A stretch of 63,669 nt of DNA, filler included, from Octopus bimaculoides (lineage: Eukaryota): the NCBI RefSeq assembly GCF_001194135.2. It is 4 parts of 4 records of this genome, joined end to end, with 100 filler letters (N's around TTAATTAATTAA, not from the genome) between each part and the next. Parts side by side here need not be neighbours in the genome. Positions count along the whole stretch, not along the records: positions 1 to 28,339 come from NC_068999.1; positions 28,440 to 48,493 come from NC_068981.1; 2 more parts are not named here. One strand, written 5' to 3'. The notes beneath the pieces were generated by a model. It made no database searches. It had not been told where the DNA came from and was given only the letters and a program-made list of their open reading frames with translations. The translations under genes were made by a program, and so were the position numbers. Positions 27,475-41,035 of this stretch are shown here, one piece after another; the first letter of the stretch is position 1; each line of letters starts with the position of its first letter.

Positions 27475-28730
27475 ACACAGAAACACACATACAGCAAAGA
27501 TAAGGGATGCAACATTTAAATTACAAACTACAATCATTTCATAATATGAATCTGTTACGTAAATAGTAACAAAAACCTTAGTTATTCATCAGGGTTTGTG
27601 ACATTAATATATATTACAGGAAATACATGTAACCTGAATTTCCTACAAGGATGTAATCTACACTGAAGTAAGAAAGACCTGGAGGTTATACACCCTGCTT
27701 TTCGTTCATCACTTATATATGTAGAAAGATAGTTTGAGAGCGAGAGAGTATATTTTTCGATTCATTCGTTTCTTTCAATGTTATTTCAAGTGTACTGAAC
27801 CACAAATGTACAATTTGTATCGGATTTCTCTGCGTTGCAAAGGGTGACTCACTTCACTATTACTATACGTTGTTCGAATTTGCATCAATGTTTTAAGTAA
27901 CTTTTATATCGTGATAACTCAATATGCGAACGAATGCTGGATCGTTCTCCTTCTCTTGTAGATCTCTAAACGGCATATTTCAAACTTCGATCTGACAGTT
28001 TCAGTGATGCATTTCAAATAAAAGTTTGAACTTCTAAAAGCGAACGAATTTTATATAAACAAGCACATGCATCGTGTACGGTAACGAGTAAAACACACAG
28101 ATGCATGCACAAATTACGCACACGCATATGTGTGTGTTTTATGGTTTTATGTATACAGAAATACGCACACACACACGCGCACACGAACACATATACAGAC
28201 AGACAAATCCTTATATACAAACATTGAGAATGTATGGAAACAAAATGAATCGAAAAATATACTCTAATCTCTCGCTTTCTAAGGTTCATTCTTCACATAT
28301 AAGTACATACATATTAATGTGTGTGTGTCTATATATATANNNNNNNNNNNNNNNNNNNNNNNNNNNNNNNNNNNNNNNNNNNNTTAATTAATTAANNNNN
28401 NNNNNNNNNNNNNNNNNNNNNNNNNNNNNNNNNNNNNNNCTGTTCTTTTTTCTCTTCTGGCATCTGAAGCCTCGGGAAATGCTCATCAAAAGAACAAGAC
28501 AAGCTTTCCAAAATTGTGTTTCTCGACATTTTTCAAATGTCGAGAAGGAAATTTTTGTATTTTGCTAGGGCCGAAACTGCCCCTGGGGGGCCAATTCCTG
28601 CCTTTGAAAATACACAGAAATGAAGCCTAGGTGCTTCGCAACAAAAATATTTTAAAATTCCAACAAAATGTGGACAATAGAAGGTCAAAAAGAGGTTTAC
28701 CTCTGCAGCCGATGTAACAGCACGTCCGTC

Positions 28731-28809
<79 letters not shown>

Positions 28810-28993
28810 CAGACAGGTTTCAGCTATGGTACCCTCCCTAAATAGCTCATCCACTTAACTCGACCTTCTAGAAATATGAGCCTATTTGCCTTCAAATCAC
28901 ATCATAACCATCTTACATTAAAGATACATTGGACAAATATATTTCTACATATTTATAAAAATACGACTATATATATATATATATATGCATGTA

Positions 28994-31460
28994 GTAGCTG
29001 ACGTACCCTGTAATTCCCGGGAAAGCAGGGCTTGTCCCTTGGTTCCGTTCTCATAATTGTTTCGCTAATCCAATAACAACAGTACAAAATATGTAGCCCT
29101 TAAAACGGTTTTTGTGCACTTACAGAGAATACCGAACTGTCTTACATAGGTTTTTGTTTTTAGGAATTCCCAATAAGTTATGAATACTCAAATTGTGAAG
29201 TCAGTTACCCGATAGTAAGAATTCAAATAAAGTTGCCCTGAAAAGGGCTTTAATGCGTTCCTAGATTATATATAACATAGGAGGAAATACTAATAAAGTA
29301 GGTATACTAAAATCGTGAAGCATGTTTAATCAGATATGAGACAATAACAATTCAAAGTAAATAACTCTGAAAAGGGCTTTTGTGCATTCCCAGAGAATAT
29401 TACCCTCAGAGGCACTAGCGTTGGTATATTAGTGAATAAATCACTAACAGAAACAAGTGGATCTATTTTTTAGGAAAATACTATTAACTTGTTTAAGGGT
29501 TGTACTGGAAAATAACTCTAACAGTTCAAATACGAAAATAACTCTAACAGTTTAAATACTAAGAAATAAGCATACTCAATTTCAATTTTACCAAATAATT
29601 TAGGAAAATTAATGGGTTATATCCCTTGGCTATATATAGGTATCCCTTCCAGGGGCCCTATTATCGATATTTTTCAACAATCTGAGTATGTCATGAGGTT
29701 TCCAGACATGATGTCATTACAGTGTTTGAACTCTAATTTATGAATTAGAGACATTCAGAGACATGTGGGTTAACGTAAGTGTCGTGTTATTGGAGTAGGA
29801 AGTTATGCTTATATTGTTAGGTCGAATGAAGACCATGCATGTAAATTAATGAACAGATTGATAGTGCATATTTTCTTAACACACCTATTTATGAGGCTAT
29901 CACTTGCAGTTATTTTGTTTAACAGAATCTTGGTATTTTGAGAGGTATGTAGCCACCCAAGATTTTATATTGTTAACTAGTGAACATTGAATAATTTAAT
30001 GATCCTGAAATAGGGGCAAAGTCCAAAGTTTTGTTGTCTTTTAGGCTCCGGGTCAACTGTAAATAGACTTGTGATGAAAAGTCTTCCAGCTGTGACTATT
30101 TAGTTTGTTTCTTTTAGATATAGTATTCGCAGGACTTTATTTTCCAATATGTACTTATTTATCTACAACAAATTCGGCTTGTGAATTTCGTTATTCGGTT
30201 TCCAAATTTTGTGATTCCGTAACGGTGACATATTGAAAAAGAATGGATTCTTTTACGTCATCGTCAACAACCTATATGACCCTTTTTATTACAAAAATAT
30301 GTTTTAAAGATATTTCTGCCTTCAGATTCTTGAGGATTTTTATTACACAACTTTTAACTTTTAATGCCATCCAATTAGTGTAGGTGGTGTGTAAACGAAG
30401 TTGCAGGTTCGGATCATTTTCAGACCAACGTCTGCAAATTTATTCCTTATCTTATAAGTCACCGTAGAATGAAGATGAGCTAATTAAGTGCTCCGAATAT
30501 GTCAACTGCTCGTGTTTCGTGCTACATTTTACCTAACTGTAAAGACAATCCGACAATGTTATAAAGCTACTTTGGAGTATTTTGTAAGAGTGAGCTCTGA
30601 TGCTCCAAGAACAAGTGCGCAAAGAGCAAAGTATGAGACGATGGAAAAAGTATTATATTCACCAGTTTTCGTAAATACTTTGGTCATGGTAAAGTACTCT
30701 AACCTGTCCCAAGAACTACAAGATCGAAATTGTACATTAAATGAAGCAAATGGAGAAAGTGTGTCAAATAGTAAAGCAACGAAAATATTATACTCAAATA
30801 CAAAAGGAAACGAACCAGATAATAAATAAATTTGAAAGCTGATTAAGTATCAACAAGAGTTATGTGGAGTTTTATTCATAACTAGATGTACCCGTTACCC
30901 GTTGGGTCACAACCACTCCAAGTCGAAAATGTTGATGCGCGGTGGCAAAGGAAAAAATACTATTTCGAATTTTATACAATAAAGTTCCTAAATAAATACA
31001 GTTCTCCTGCCTTTGGTGTGACAACATAAACGCGATCAAGTGTTTCTTCTTTGAAAACGTTGAAATGGCCTTCAACTTTTTTCCTCGATTTCTTCTTTGA
31101 CATTCTTCGTTGCAAGTGAAATACATGGGAACTTCAGCATAAAGCAATGTTTTTGCAAAGTCATCATTGATGTAGAATGAAAAGAATTCTGTCAATGTCG
31201 TTCTCATATGTCATTCATTGACAACCATATATATCCTTTTTATTTCTGAGCAATATTTTCTTTGTTCTTTTGGTAGTCTTACTAGTGAAGGTGCTCTTTC
31301 ATGAATTGAAAATCCTAAAATGGATACAACTGCTTCGGATGGTCCAATATACCTACCCATTAGATATTGACTAATTTCGTCATCACTGTTTATTCGAACA
31401 GCAATTTGGTATTTTCTTTCAGCGTGTACTTGATTACCTCACTGAGGCAACGATTTCAAT
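28994..31460 (-). mobile_element. Large decayed Helitron (Rep C-terminus/helicase remnants plus 3' terminus)
   Basis: 'TTLTEFFSFYINDDFAKTLLYAEVPMYFT..QRRNRG' (30872-31207) plus weaker helicase traces toward 29.7 kb; the minus-strand end CCCGGGAATTACAGGGTACGTCAGCTAC|T resembles hairpin + CTAG. The Rep part is clear; the left extent is less sure. Confidence 0.68.
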
Positions 31461-33149
31461 GTTGCAGTGGTATTTGAATGCTATTAAAATTGTTTCATTA
31501 TAAGGTACAACCCATCTGTTGTTTGTTTTTCCATTCTTATAAGATTCAACTCCTCCCATTGCAACTGATATTCGTCTTTAAAGAGATAGTATCTCTGTCT
31601 GTTTTTCTGCCTTTTGATTAAGATGATAAAGATTAATATTTTATTTTAAATAAAATAATATTTTTCCCCTTTAAGAAAAAAATATCAAGTACCCATGATT
31701 CAAAAAATATCTCGTAAAGATATAGGGAGAATTTCTATATCTTAGTCCACGACACTCCGTAAGTTGTATAAATGATTAAGGGAAGAAAAAAAAAGGACAG
31801 ACGGCGGTGATGCGACGACTCTTTGAAATGTCGCCGCCGAAATCGACGTATTCAACCTGATTTTTTTTTTTTTTTCCTTAAAGGGGGAAACGACTATTTT
31901 ATTTGTAATCTTTTTCACCTTAATCAAAGAGCAGGAAAACAGACAATAAGTTTTAGTATAATATAGACAGATATGCAATCCAGTCAACTTGAATTCTCTA
32001 TTCACAATAACTTTCAACGATAAATGTAAAAAGTTAATTAAACAAGTAAAATACTTAGATGTATTCAAATGGTTTACTTTTTACCTTTGGGAATAATGTT
32101 ACATAACAAATGGATAAATAGTTTTCTTGTTTAAAACAAGATAAATTTTATTACATATGCAAGAAACCTATGAGTAAAAAATTTCTGTGCTTTGTTGTGC
32201 AAACTCAAATTTTCTTTGAAGCATATTTTCGAAGGTCGGTATCCAAAGCCCAGAAGTAAAAACATTGGAAATTAAATAGAATGCACAAACAACATGTCAC
32301 TCCAGTTTTTGTTCAATAGGTCCCCAATTTGATCACATAACATTTTACAGTACAATATTCTTGCAAAGTTTCTTATATCGAAGAAATGCATGAGTTTGAT
32401 CAAGAATGTTATTACTCTAGCTTTGCATTAGGAGTTATTGTAAGTTGACGACTTCAAAACTAATCGCTGCCAATTAACTAACTGATATAAGCCTCATAAA
32501 ACTAGTGTCTGAAGTATTCTTCCAATTGGCATCAAAGAGTGCAAGTATAGTTCCTTTTGCATCAAAAACTACTGAAAGACTTTATAATGGAATTAGACAT
32601 TTCTAACGACCAGCAGCAAATGAAGTTGGCGGACAACGTAATTCAATGTTCTCAAAGTTCGAAAATACAAAACCAAACGTTACATATGTGAAATAACATA
32701 CTGCAGAGTTCAGCTTTATGCTTTTAAAGTTGTTTTCCTCCGTGACTTCTATTTTAACTTTTGTAGAATCAAAAGTTGTAAATTAGTCTATAGCTATTAC
32801 CCTTCGTATAGATTATTACAAGAAAATTGGTTCAAAAATGAATGATATAAATATATGCTACTACAAAAATGTTTTTACTTAATTTCCAAGAAATTAAAAA
32901 TTTTCACTTTTGACGTGTCGTTTCTTTATTTTTCTCTCTGCCCACGCCCTAGCTTTCATTTTCCTTATCACACTCGACCTTTAATTTCTCAATGTCTTTC
33001 TAACGTTTTATTACATTCGAAAGTTACAATAGATATAAATACACTGGCTTATTATTCTATTGTATATTAGCTATGACTTTCCGATTCAATTTGACTATTC
33101 TTTCAGTAAAACCACCTGCTTACACGTATCCTCACAATTATTAGGATGA

Positions 33150-35021
33150 CAGAATCAGCAGGAAATGACAAACAGAGAGACAAAGCCGAAAAAGTACAAC
33201 AGACGCTCTTCCTGGTAGAACTAACAGCACTTAAAATAATTTCTGTAAAACATTTTCCAGATTCCTCTACCTAGGAAGAGTAAAGAAAAAGTACTGAAAG
33301 CCTAGTTTTTTTTTATCCTTTGAAAGAAGATGGTATTATCACAAATAACCCATACAAGATACAACAATGCAACTTGAAAACACGGACTTGTATCAAGGAT
33401 ATATCCAGTTAGTTGATGTAGAGACAATGAAATTCGTTTTTCCAAAATAAGTCAAGTTGAAAAAGAACAATATTTTGATTGCTTTGATAGGAAGAATGTC
33501 TGACCAAGAGTTGGCATCGGCATTGACATTACAAGTAAATTTCCTTTCGGTGAAAATAGAATGTTTCCAATGGTTACATCCAGCTATCTAAACAATTCTA
33601 GACAGATATAAACAAGTAACTTTCTCCAAAAGCATCTTCAAATTTCGGGTGCTAATGAAAGACTACTCAAGGAAGAATGACTTGTTTGAAACCAAGTAAA
33701 AGGTGCATTATATCATTTGCCGGGTCTTCATTGACATTACTTGGAAGTTGAACAGCAAGTGTATAGTGAAGAAAACTAAGTTTGGAGTTTCAGAACATGA
33801 AAGGGGCAATAGTAATAAAGAATGCTATATAAAGCTTAGAGATAGTCTCAAATACATCTTTTATCTGGGAAAGGAGTTGATTCTACATTACAACAACAAT
33901 CCGAATTGAAGCAGTGAAAAGACGTAGCATTTTAGAGTTTATAACTGATATTATTTTTGGTGGGCGGAAATGTTCTTTGCTCAAATGTTGATTGAGGGAT
34001 GTTACTTCCGAGTTATTTCTGTGAACATTTTTGGGCGGAAGGGTTAAGTTTTAGTGGATCATCACTTCAGATTAGGGATCCAAACAATGAAATTTTCTGT
34101 CAAGATGGAATCGTATTTTTCAAGAACATATAATACGGATTGAAGAATGTTGGAAAAGGAAGAACATCTGCAAGTTCTCTAATTCCCAAGTCATAGAATG
34201 AGTTTATCTCGGCACGTTTTAAAACAAACAAATTTTGCTGGAAAAGTGTTTACAGAAATAACTCTGAAGTAATATCCCTCAAACAACATTTGAGCAAACA
34301 ACATTTCTCTTGAGGTACGTCAATATAAAGGATAGATGATCTGAAATACGATTAGAATTCTTTATTTTTCCTGTTTACAATAAAAACGAGAACGAGATTG
34401 TTCAATTACTCTTGAACACCTTAGAAGAGCATTCCATTCTTTATCTGATCAACTGCAGGTTACAAGCTTATGACAACCGTGCCAAGATGACAGAAAGCTC
34501 AATGATACCCATATGAAAAATACCAGAGCCATATCCATGACAATCTTTCCTTCATGCAGCTCCTATATTCTCAATTTCTGTGGAAATAACGTTGCTGGGT
34601 CAGAAGCAATCATGTATTTTGGAACAGTTCAAACGATAAAGAACTTATTTAGTTGCATCCCTAAACGATGAGAATTACTTTAAAATCACATAAGTTGTTC
34701 TCTGCACAACATATCAGAAACCATGCAGTCTGACAGACTTAACTTACCAGTATTCAGTTATTATTTCCAGATCTTTTATATCTTAACTTATCAGACAAAA
34801 CAACAGTTTTGTTTGTGTATTAATATTGGCTACAGTTAAATATTTGCAACAAGTTCCTACAAGCGCGAGATGCCATATTAGATATGGAGGTATCGAATAT
34901 TGAAACCTACTTTGAAGATCTGATAAGGTTGCGAAATAAATGGAGAAACGTTGCCAGATAAATTGATTTTGATAGTGTTTTAAAAAACATTGCAGATAAA
35001 AATGCCAGAAAAGCTCATTAA
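33150..35021 (+). mobile_element. Decayed hAT transposase (ZMYM1-like type)
   Basis: 'EGLSFSGSSLQIRDPNN', 'EIVQLLLNTLEEHSI..LQAYDNRAKM', 'LQARDAILDMEVSNIE' and terminal 'IDFDSVLKNIADKNARKAH*' (ends 35021); many stops. Confidence 0.78.
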
Positions 35022-38000
35022 CTGATTAAGATCTTTTCTGTTCTGTAAAAAATATTATTATTATCTAATCATTCTGATGGATATGGAATAAAGCATCTAC
35101 GAAAGTTTACCTCTTGTCATATGCCGAAACTAGCCATCCTGTTTAATTATGCTTTCATAATAATACATTACACAAATTAATATAACAACAAAAATGTAGG
35201 TAATTATTAAATGGGCGATTTAATTCTCAAGCTTTCTCCCTTCCTGCTTTGTATCTCCCTCGCTTCCCCTTTCTCACTCTCTTTCTCTCGCTCACAGTCT
35301 CTTTCTTTCTTACTTTTATTTTTCTCTCCCTCTCTCTCTTTTCTCCCTCCTTCCCGCCTTCTCTCTTTTAGCCCCTCTCTACCTTTTAGCACTTTTAGTC
35401 TTTTTCCAAATCATTCATTTGTCTTTATACACTGAAGAAATATTTACGTCTTTCATTCGAGTTTCATGCTTTTATAATGTTCTTACATTCTGTTTATTTC
35501 AATTATTAAAATTAATACTAAAATTCGGTTTCTTTTAGCAAAAGTGAAATGAAGATTTGTAGTATTCATGCTATCCCCATTTGCTGCATAAATAAATATC
35601 AATGACTTTCAAAAAAAAAAAAAAAATCATCGATTTACATCTATACAGCTGCTGACTATAATTTGAAATACCAGTTACTCTTTCTTGATAAAGGTCTTAT
35701 CTCTTTAAATAGTAAGAAATGAATTGTGTGACAATCGACCCTTTGCCTTAGGAGTCAGTAATATAAATTATATGAGTTGGTTTTAATTGAATATCGAGAT
35801 GACAAACCTCTCTCACTCACCAGAGCTTATCTCTCTATAACACTCACTCTTATAGCAATTTACACAGAAAATACGCAATCGGTTGAATCAACTCCTCCGT
35901 ACTACAGGTACGGGAACTAGGGTCATAAATAATTAGAAATAGAGAACGTAGAGAACTTCTCTCGTGTCTAGGATTGTACAACTGTTACCCTCACAAATAT
36001 TCTAGACTGCATCCAAAATGTTATTTTACTACAATACATTTCAACAACTAAACTGTTTTATGTCTCTTCTACTGCTGCTGCAATAGTTGCTGCTTCTCTG
36101 AAGTCGCAGGCTGCACAGAATCAAAACACAGCCTCACTCTCTAGATCTGCCTTTCAATATCCTCAGTAAACGCTTTATTCAATCCTTCTTATTCTAATCT
36201 TGACTCTCACATTTTTCCAAGGTTTAAATTTTTAATATCAACTATATATCCATATCATTGTCGTCGGCCCTGTATATGTAATGGACGCCTCCTCCTCTCC
36301 GGTTACATAAAAACAATGTCTAACGCTCCATTTCTTCTGACAACACTTCAACCATTATTTCAAACAGATATGACTACACTTTCCCTTGGTTCATCTTCTG
36401 TTTCATATGAAACTCACCTGAATATAGATGAACCCACTACTATCAAAACAGTAAATAAAATATCACTTTATAATTCATCACTTAATCCATCATCCTGCCT
36501 TGTTCGATTTATCCCTGATTAAACCCATAACTCCTGATAGTGTGAGTCTACTGCTTCTTATTTTCTTGTGTTTTGACAAATAATTATGCTGGTGGTTTTA
36601 GTAATTCATGGGGTATTTGAACCTTACCATTGCAAGCTAATGAAATATTCATCAGTCATACAATCCTGCTGTTACTTCTTTATGAAGCTACGTACAATTT
36701 GTTTAAATGTGTCATTTTCCTTCAAATATAAACAGTGCGACAAGATCGATAGGAACAGTATGGGTCAGATATACTCTTGAATAAAACTCTTGCATAATAC
36801 CGCAAGTTATCGCTAGTGGAATCCAGCTTATCTACAAATCAATGAAATACTCATTAACTCCGAAACGCTAGCGCTGCTTATCATCCCTATTTATTTAGAG
36901 CTTGATAAACTGTAATTAAGAGATAAATGTTTTGGTCATAGACATGACACCAATGCTCACAAGTGAGTGCGAATCGCTGAATCCACATTTTTTTCAAGTC
37001 TGTTTTCAGACCTGTGGTCTGATTCACAACACAGATCTCATCTTGAAGTACAGACTGTCAATCCACTTATGAGTGCGCCAGTAGCCAAACAATTCATCCA
37101 ACCTTAAGTCTCATGGCTAATTTTACATTTCTATCTTTGTTTAGTAAGACCGATTCATACACGAACTTATTACGTAAATATATTTTATGGCAACACCAAA
37201 CCTATAAAGAAAATATTACGAAAGCAATACTAATCTTAGCTTTCTCCAAATTTTCACAATCCTACAAAGTTGCGTTAGTCACCTTTATCACTGTTAAGAT
37301 ATGTTCAAAGACGTTACTCACCTTCAAAAGTAATTGTAGCGTATGCCAACTTTTATTTGGAATCTTATCAATGAACATCCTTCCAACGCTGTTTTCATTT
37401 TGGATACGTATAAGCTCTTCCACTCATTAGGAATTCTTGCTCTGCACCGAATGACGGTCGCACTGGTATTAATATACTGAATAAGATTTATAAACCCACA
37501 CAAATATTACTACTCATATTTATACATACAATTACGCAAACTTACAGTTGTTTTTGGACTTGTATAAAATAAATGATATCTCAGTAAGGCGTTGCAATCC
37601 ATGATCATGTAGCTGAGAAAATATCTTATAAATAAAGAAGAAACAGTCGCCCAGAAACTATCATACGTGTCAAAGCAATTTGAAAGATTTTATCTGCGTT
37701 ATCAGTTGAACCCAAGTTTTTCCACAATTAACTACTGTTGTACAAAATACAATGTTTTTGTAGAAGTGATATAAAATGCCCTCGTTGGAAATATTTCTCT
37801 CTGAATAAAACAGAAGGAACTATAGGTACAGAATGTATATATTCTCTTATAATAGTAGATAAAGTATTTATCCGGTGTCAAATTTAATATCCAACTGGAT
37901 ATATCCAGGGTTTTCTTATCTATACTGGGTTGGAATTGATCGCAGGAAAGGTCAGATTCGTATGGTCCATTTCCAGCAAACATGAGATATTATCAGTACC

Positions 38001-38467
38001 AGTATTGGGTTGGGAGGGGATATCACCGCTGGTATATGTGGCTATATCGGTAGTGTTATGGGGAGCATTAAAGTTGGTATTACTGAGTCGTGGGTATTAC
38101 TGAAACAGACGCCGGATTTATCCAATGTTTATTTGCTTCCATTACTGGTTGCATATTCTGGTGAACTACATCTGCCAACATTATGAAGTAACTCCGAGCC
38201 CACAGAAACAGCTGTCGAACTTGTAACAATATACGTTCTCCCCTTTATTTTTCTGTGGTTTTGTACCCTGTGTAAGTTTACCCTGTTAATATATAAATAT
38301 CTATATATTCATACTTGAATATTCATGGTCTGAAAATTTTCAGTATTTGCTTTCTCTCTATTTACATGTATACATGTATATATATTTTGAATATCAAACC
38401 CAAGCAGTTTTATTTGTTTAGGTGCATCATTGTCTCTATACACGTATATATGTACATACATATACAC

Positions 38468-38537
<70 letters not shown>

Positions 38538-39599
38538 NNNNNNNNNNNNNNNNNNNNNNNNNNNNNNNNNNNNNNNNNNNNNNNNNNNNNNNNNNNNNNN
38601 NNNNNNNNNNNNNNNNNNNNNNNNNNNNNNNNNNNNNNNNNNNNNNNNNNNNNNNNNNNNNNNNNNNNNNNNNNNNNNNNNNNNNNNNNNNNNNNNNNNN
38701 NNNNNNNNNNNNNNNNNNNNNNNNNNNNNNNNNNNNNNNNNNNNNNNNNNNNNNNNNNNNNNNNNNNNNNNNNNNNNNNNNNNNNNNNNNNNNNNNNNNN
38801 NNNNNNNNNNNNNNNNNNNNNNNNNNNNNNNNNNNNNNNNNNNNNNNNNNNNNNNNNNNNNNNNNNNNNNNNNNNNNNNNNNNNNNNNNNNNNNNNNNNN
38901 NNNNNNNNNNNNNNNNNNNNNNNNNNNNNNNNNNNNNNNNNNNNNNNNNNNNNNNNNNNNNNNNNNNNNNNNNNNNNNNNNNNNNNNNNNNNNNNNNNNN
39001 NNNNNNNNNNNNNNNNNNNNNNNNNNNNNNNNNNNNNNNNNNNNNNNNNNNNNNNNNNNNNNNNNNNNNNNNNNNNNNNNNNNNNNNNNNNNNNNNNNNN
39101 NNNNNNNNNNNNNNNNNNNNNNNNNNNNNNNNNNNNNNNNNNNNNNNNNNNNNNNNNNNNNNNNNNNNNNNNNNNNNNNNNNNNNNNNNNNNNNNNNNNN
39201 NNNNNNNNNNNNNNNNNNNNNNNNNNNNNNNNNNNNNNNNNNNNNNNNNNNNNNNNNNNNNNNNNNNNNNNNNNNNNNNNNNNNNNNNNNNNNNNNNNNN
39301 NNNNNNNNNNNNNNNNNNNNNNNNNNNNNNNNNNNNNNNNNNNNNNNNNNNNNNNNNNNNNNNNNNNNNNNNNNNNNNNNNNNNNNNNNNNNNNNNNNNN
39401 NNNNNNNNNNNNNNNNNNNNNGAATATGTGGTATTCATCAACTTGCAGACATTGTACTATGTCAATTTACCTGTTTATTTTTCAACTAAGAAGACAATAA
39501 AAACAATATACAACACATGTGACATATTATGTCATATCAGTAATTAAAAAGGACATCTAGTGACCGAAGATGGGACAATGTCTTACAGCTGTTTCAGTT

Positions 39600-41035
39600 T
39601 AGTGTGACCCGGCCTGTCGTCCAGCATACATTTAGAAGGGCCGTTAGATGTTCGACAACGGGACAACCTCCGTGTTTCAGCATCTCCGCCACCACCATAT
39701 CCAGTCCCAGTGCCTTGTTGTTCTTCGGCCGTCGTGATCTCACTCGTGTTCACTGCCAGATGATTGTCGGGGATCGGTGGGTCAAGGGCAAAGAGGTCCG
39801 CAGGCTCTGGCTGATTGAGCGTCTCCTTAAAGTGTTTGACCCATCTTCTCGCTTACTCTTCGACCGTCAGTAACGCCTTCCCGTTCTTGTCCTTGATGGG
39901 CTCCCCTTGTCCGCTTCTCGTTCCGGTAAGGTCACGTACGATACGGTATAGTCTTCGTATCATTTCGATCCGCTGCTTCCTGAGCCTCCTGACTCCTTTG
40001 TTCCAACCAATCCCACTTGTGTTTCCGACAGCTCTTTTTCACTCTTCGATCCAGTGTCCGATACTTCTCCGATGCTTCCTGCTGGGCTCCGTCCGTTAGC
40101 GCTAGGTTTCGTTGCATTTTAGCCTTTCACCTCGCATTGATCAGGATCTACGTTCGATCTTGGATCCAACGCTTCTTGTACGCGCCACGGCATCTACCGA
40201 TGGTCTTCTCGGCACTTTCGATAATTGCCTCCTTGAACTTCCCAAAGCAGCCGTCGATGTCGACCTCGTCCACGTCTGCGAGAAGTCGGAATCGGTTTCT
40301 CAGTTCCAGCTGGAATTGATCGACCGTCATTCGGTCATTAAATTTTCTCCACTGCAAAGGCGCGAGGGCGACTCTGCACGAACGACAAGCACCTCAATAG
40401 AAGCCGACATTTCGCAAAGAGGAGGTAATGATCTGAGCCCACATCCGCTCCCTGGCGCATCCACACGTCCAGCAGGGCCGATCTCCACTGCTTACTAATA
40501 CAGACGTACGATCGCTGGTAGGTTTACATCCGATGAGCGCTCCAACTGCCCTTGCAGACATGACGATGTCGACTCCTCGCGCGTGTTCCACTTTGTGGCC
40601 CGAGTAGATAACGGTCCTGCCATCATTGACCAACCGTCCATTTCCAGTCCATCTCATTTCGCTAATTCCGAGGATGTCCACTTTTTCAAGCAGCTGCACC
40701 AGTGTACCACACTGGTACAATGTCCTCACATTCCAAGTCCCGATATTTTGTTGGTTGTTTTACATTAAAGATCGAACCACGTTTTTAGGTGTTGGATATC
40801 CTGACGGCTTTGATCCAATACTGTCATAGTAACGTGGTCGCCTCCTCCACGGTCTGTTTGAACATGTTGGTTTGTTTTTCTCGTTTCTGTAGCACTGAGG
40901 TTTTTTACGGGCTCGGATCGCTGGCCCGTCGCCCAACCTTCCTCCTTTTGCAGCCGGGTTTGGGATCGGCCCTGGCGGAGTTGATTTTGTGGGATAGCTC
41001 ATAGTAAATAATGCCTTTGAGGCCCCACCAGACAC
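39600..41035 (-). mobile_element. RTE-clade LINE, 5' part (5'UTR, APE endonuclease, linker); RT not seen
   Basis: 'MRTLYQCG..VDILGISEMRWTGNG..VIYSGH..HARGV' and 'FQLELRNRFRLL..KFKEAIIESAEKTIG..KKRWI'; GC-rich UTR with TTGGGCGACGGGCCAGC..CCCGTAAAA. Confidence 0.9.

Noticed and set aside
28384-28395. Identical TTAATTAATTAA islands inside N runs (also 48538-48549 and 62128-62139)
   Set aside because: A six-frame-stop spacer centred in ~100-bp gaps is a scaffolding linker, not biology; these points may be uncertain joins.
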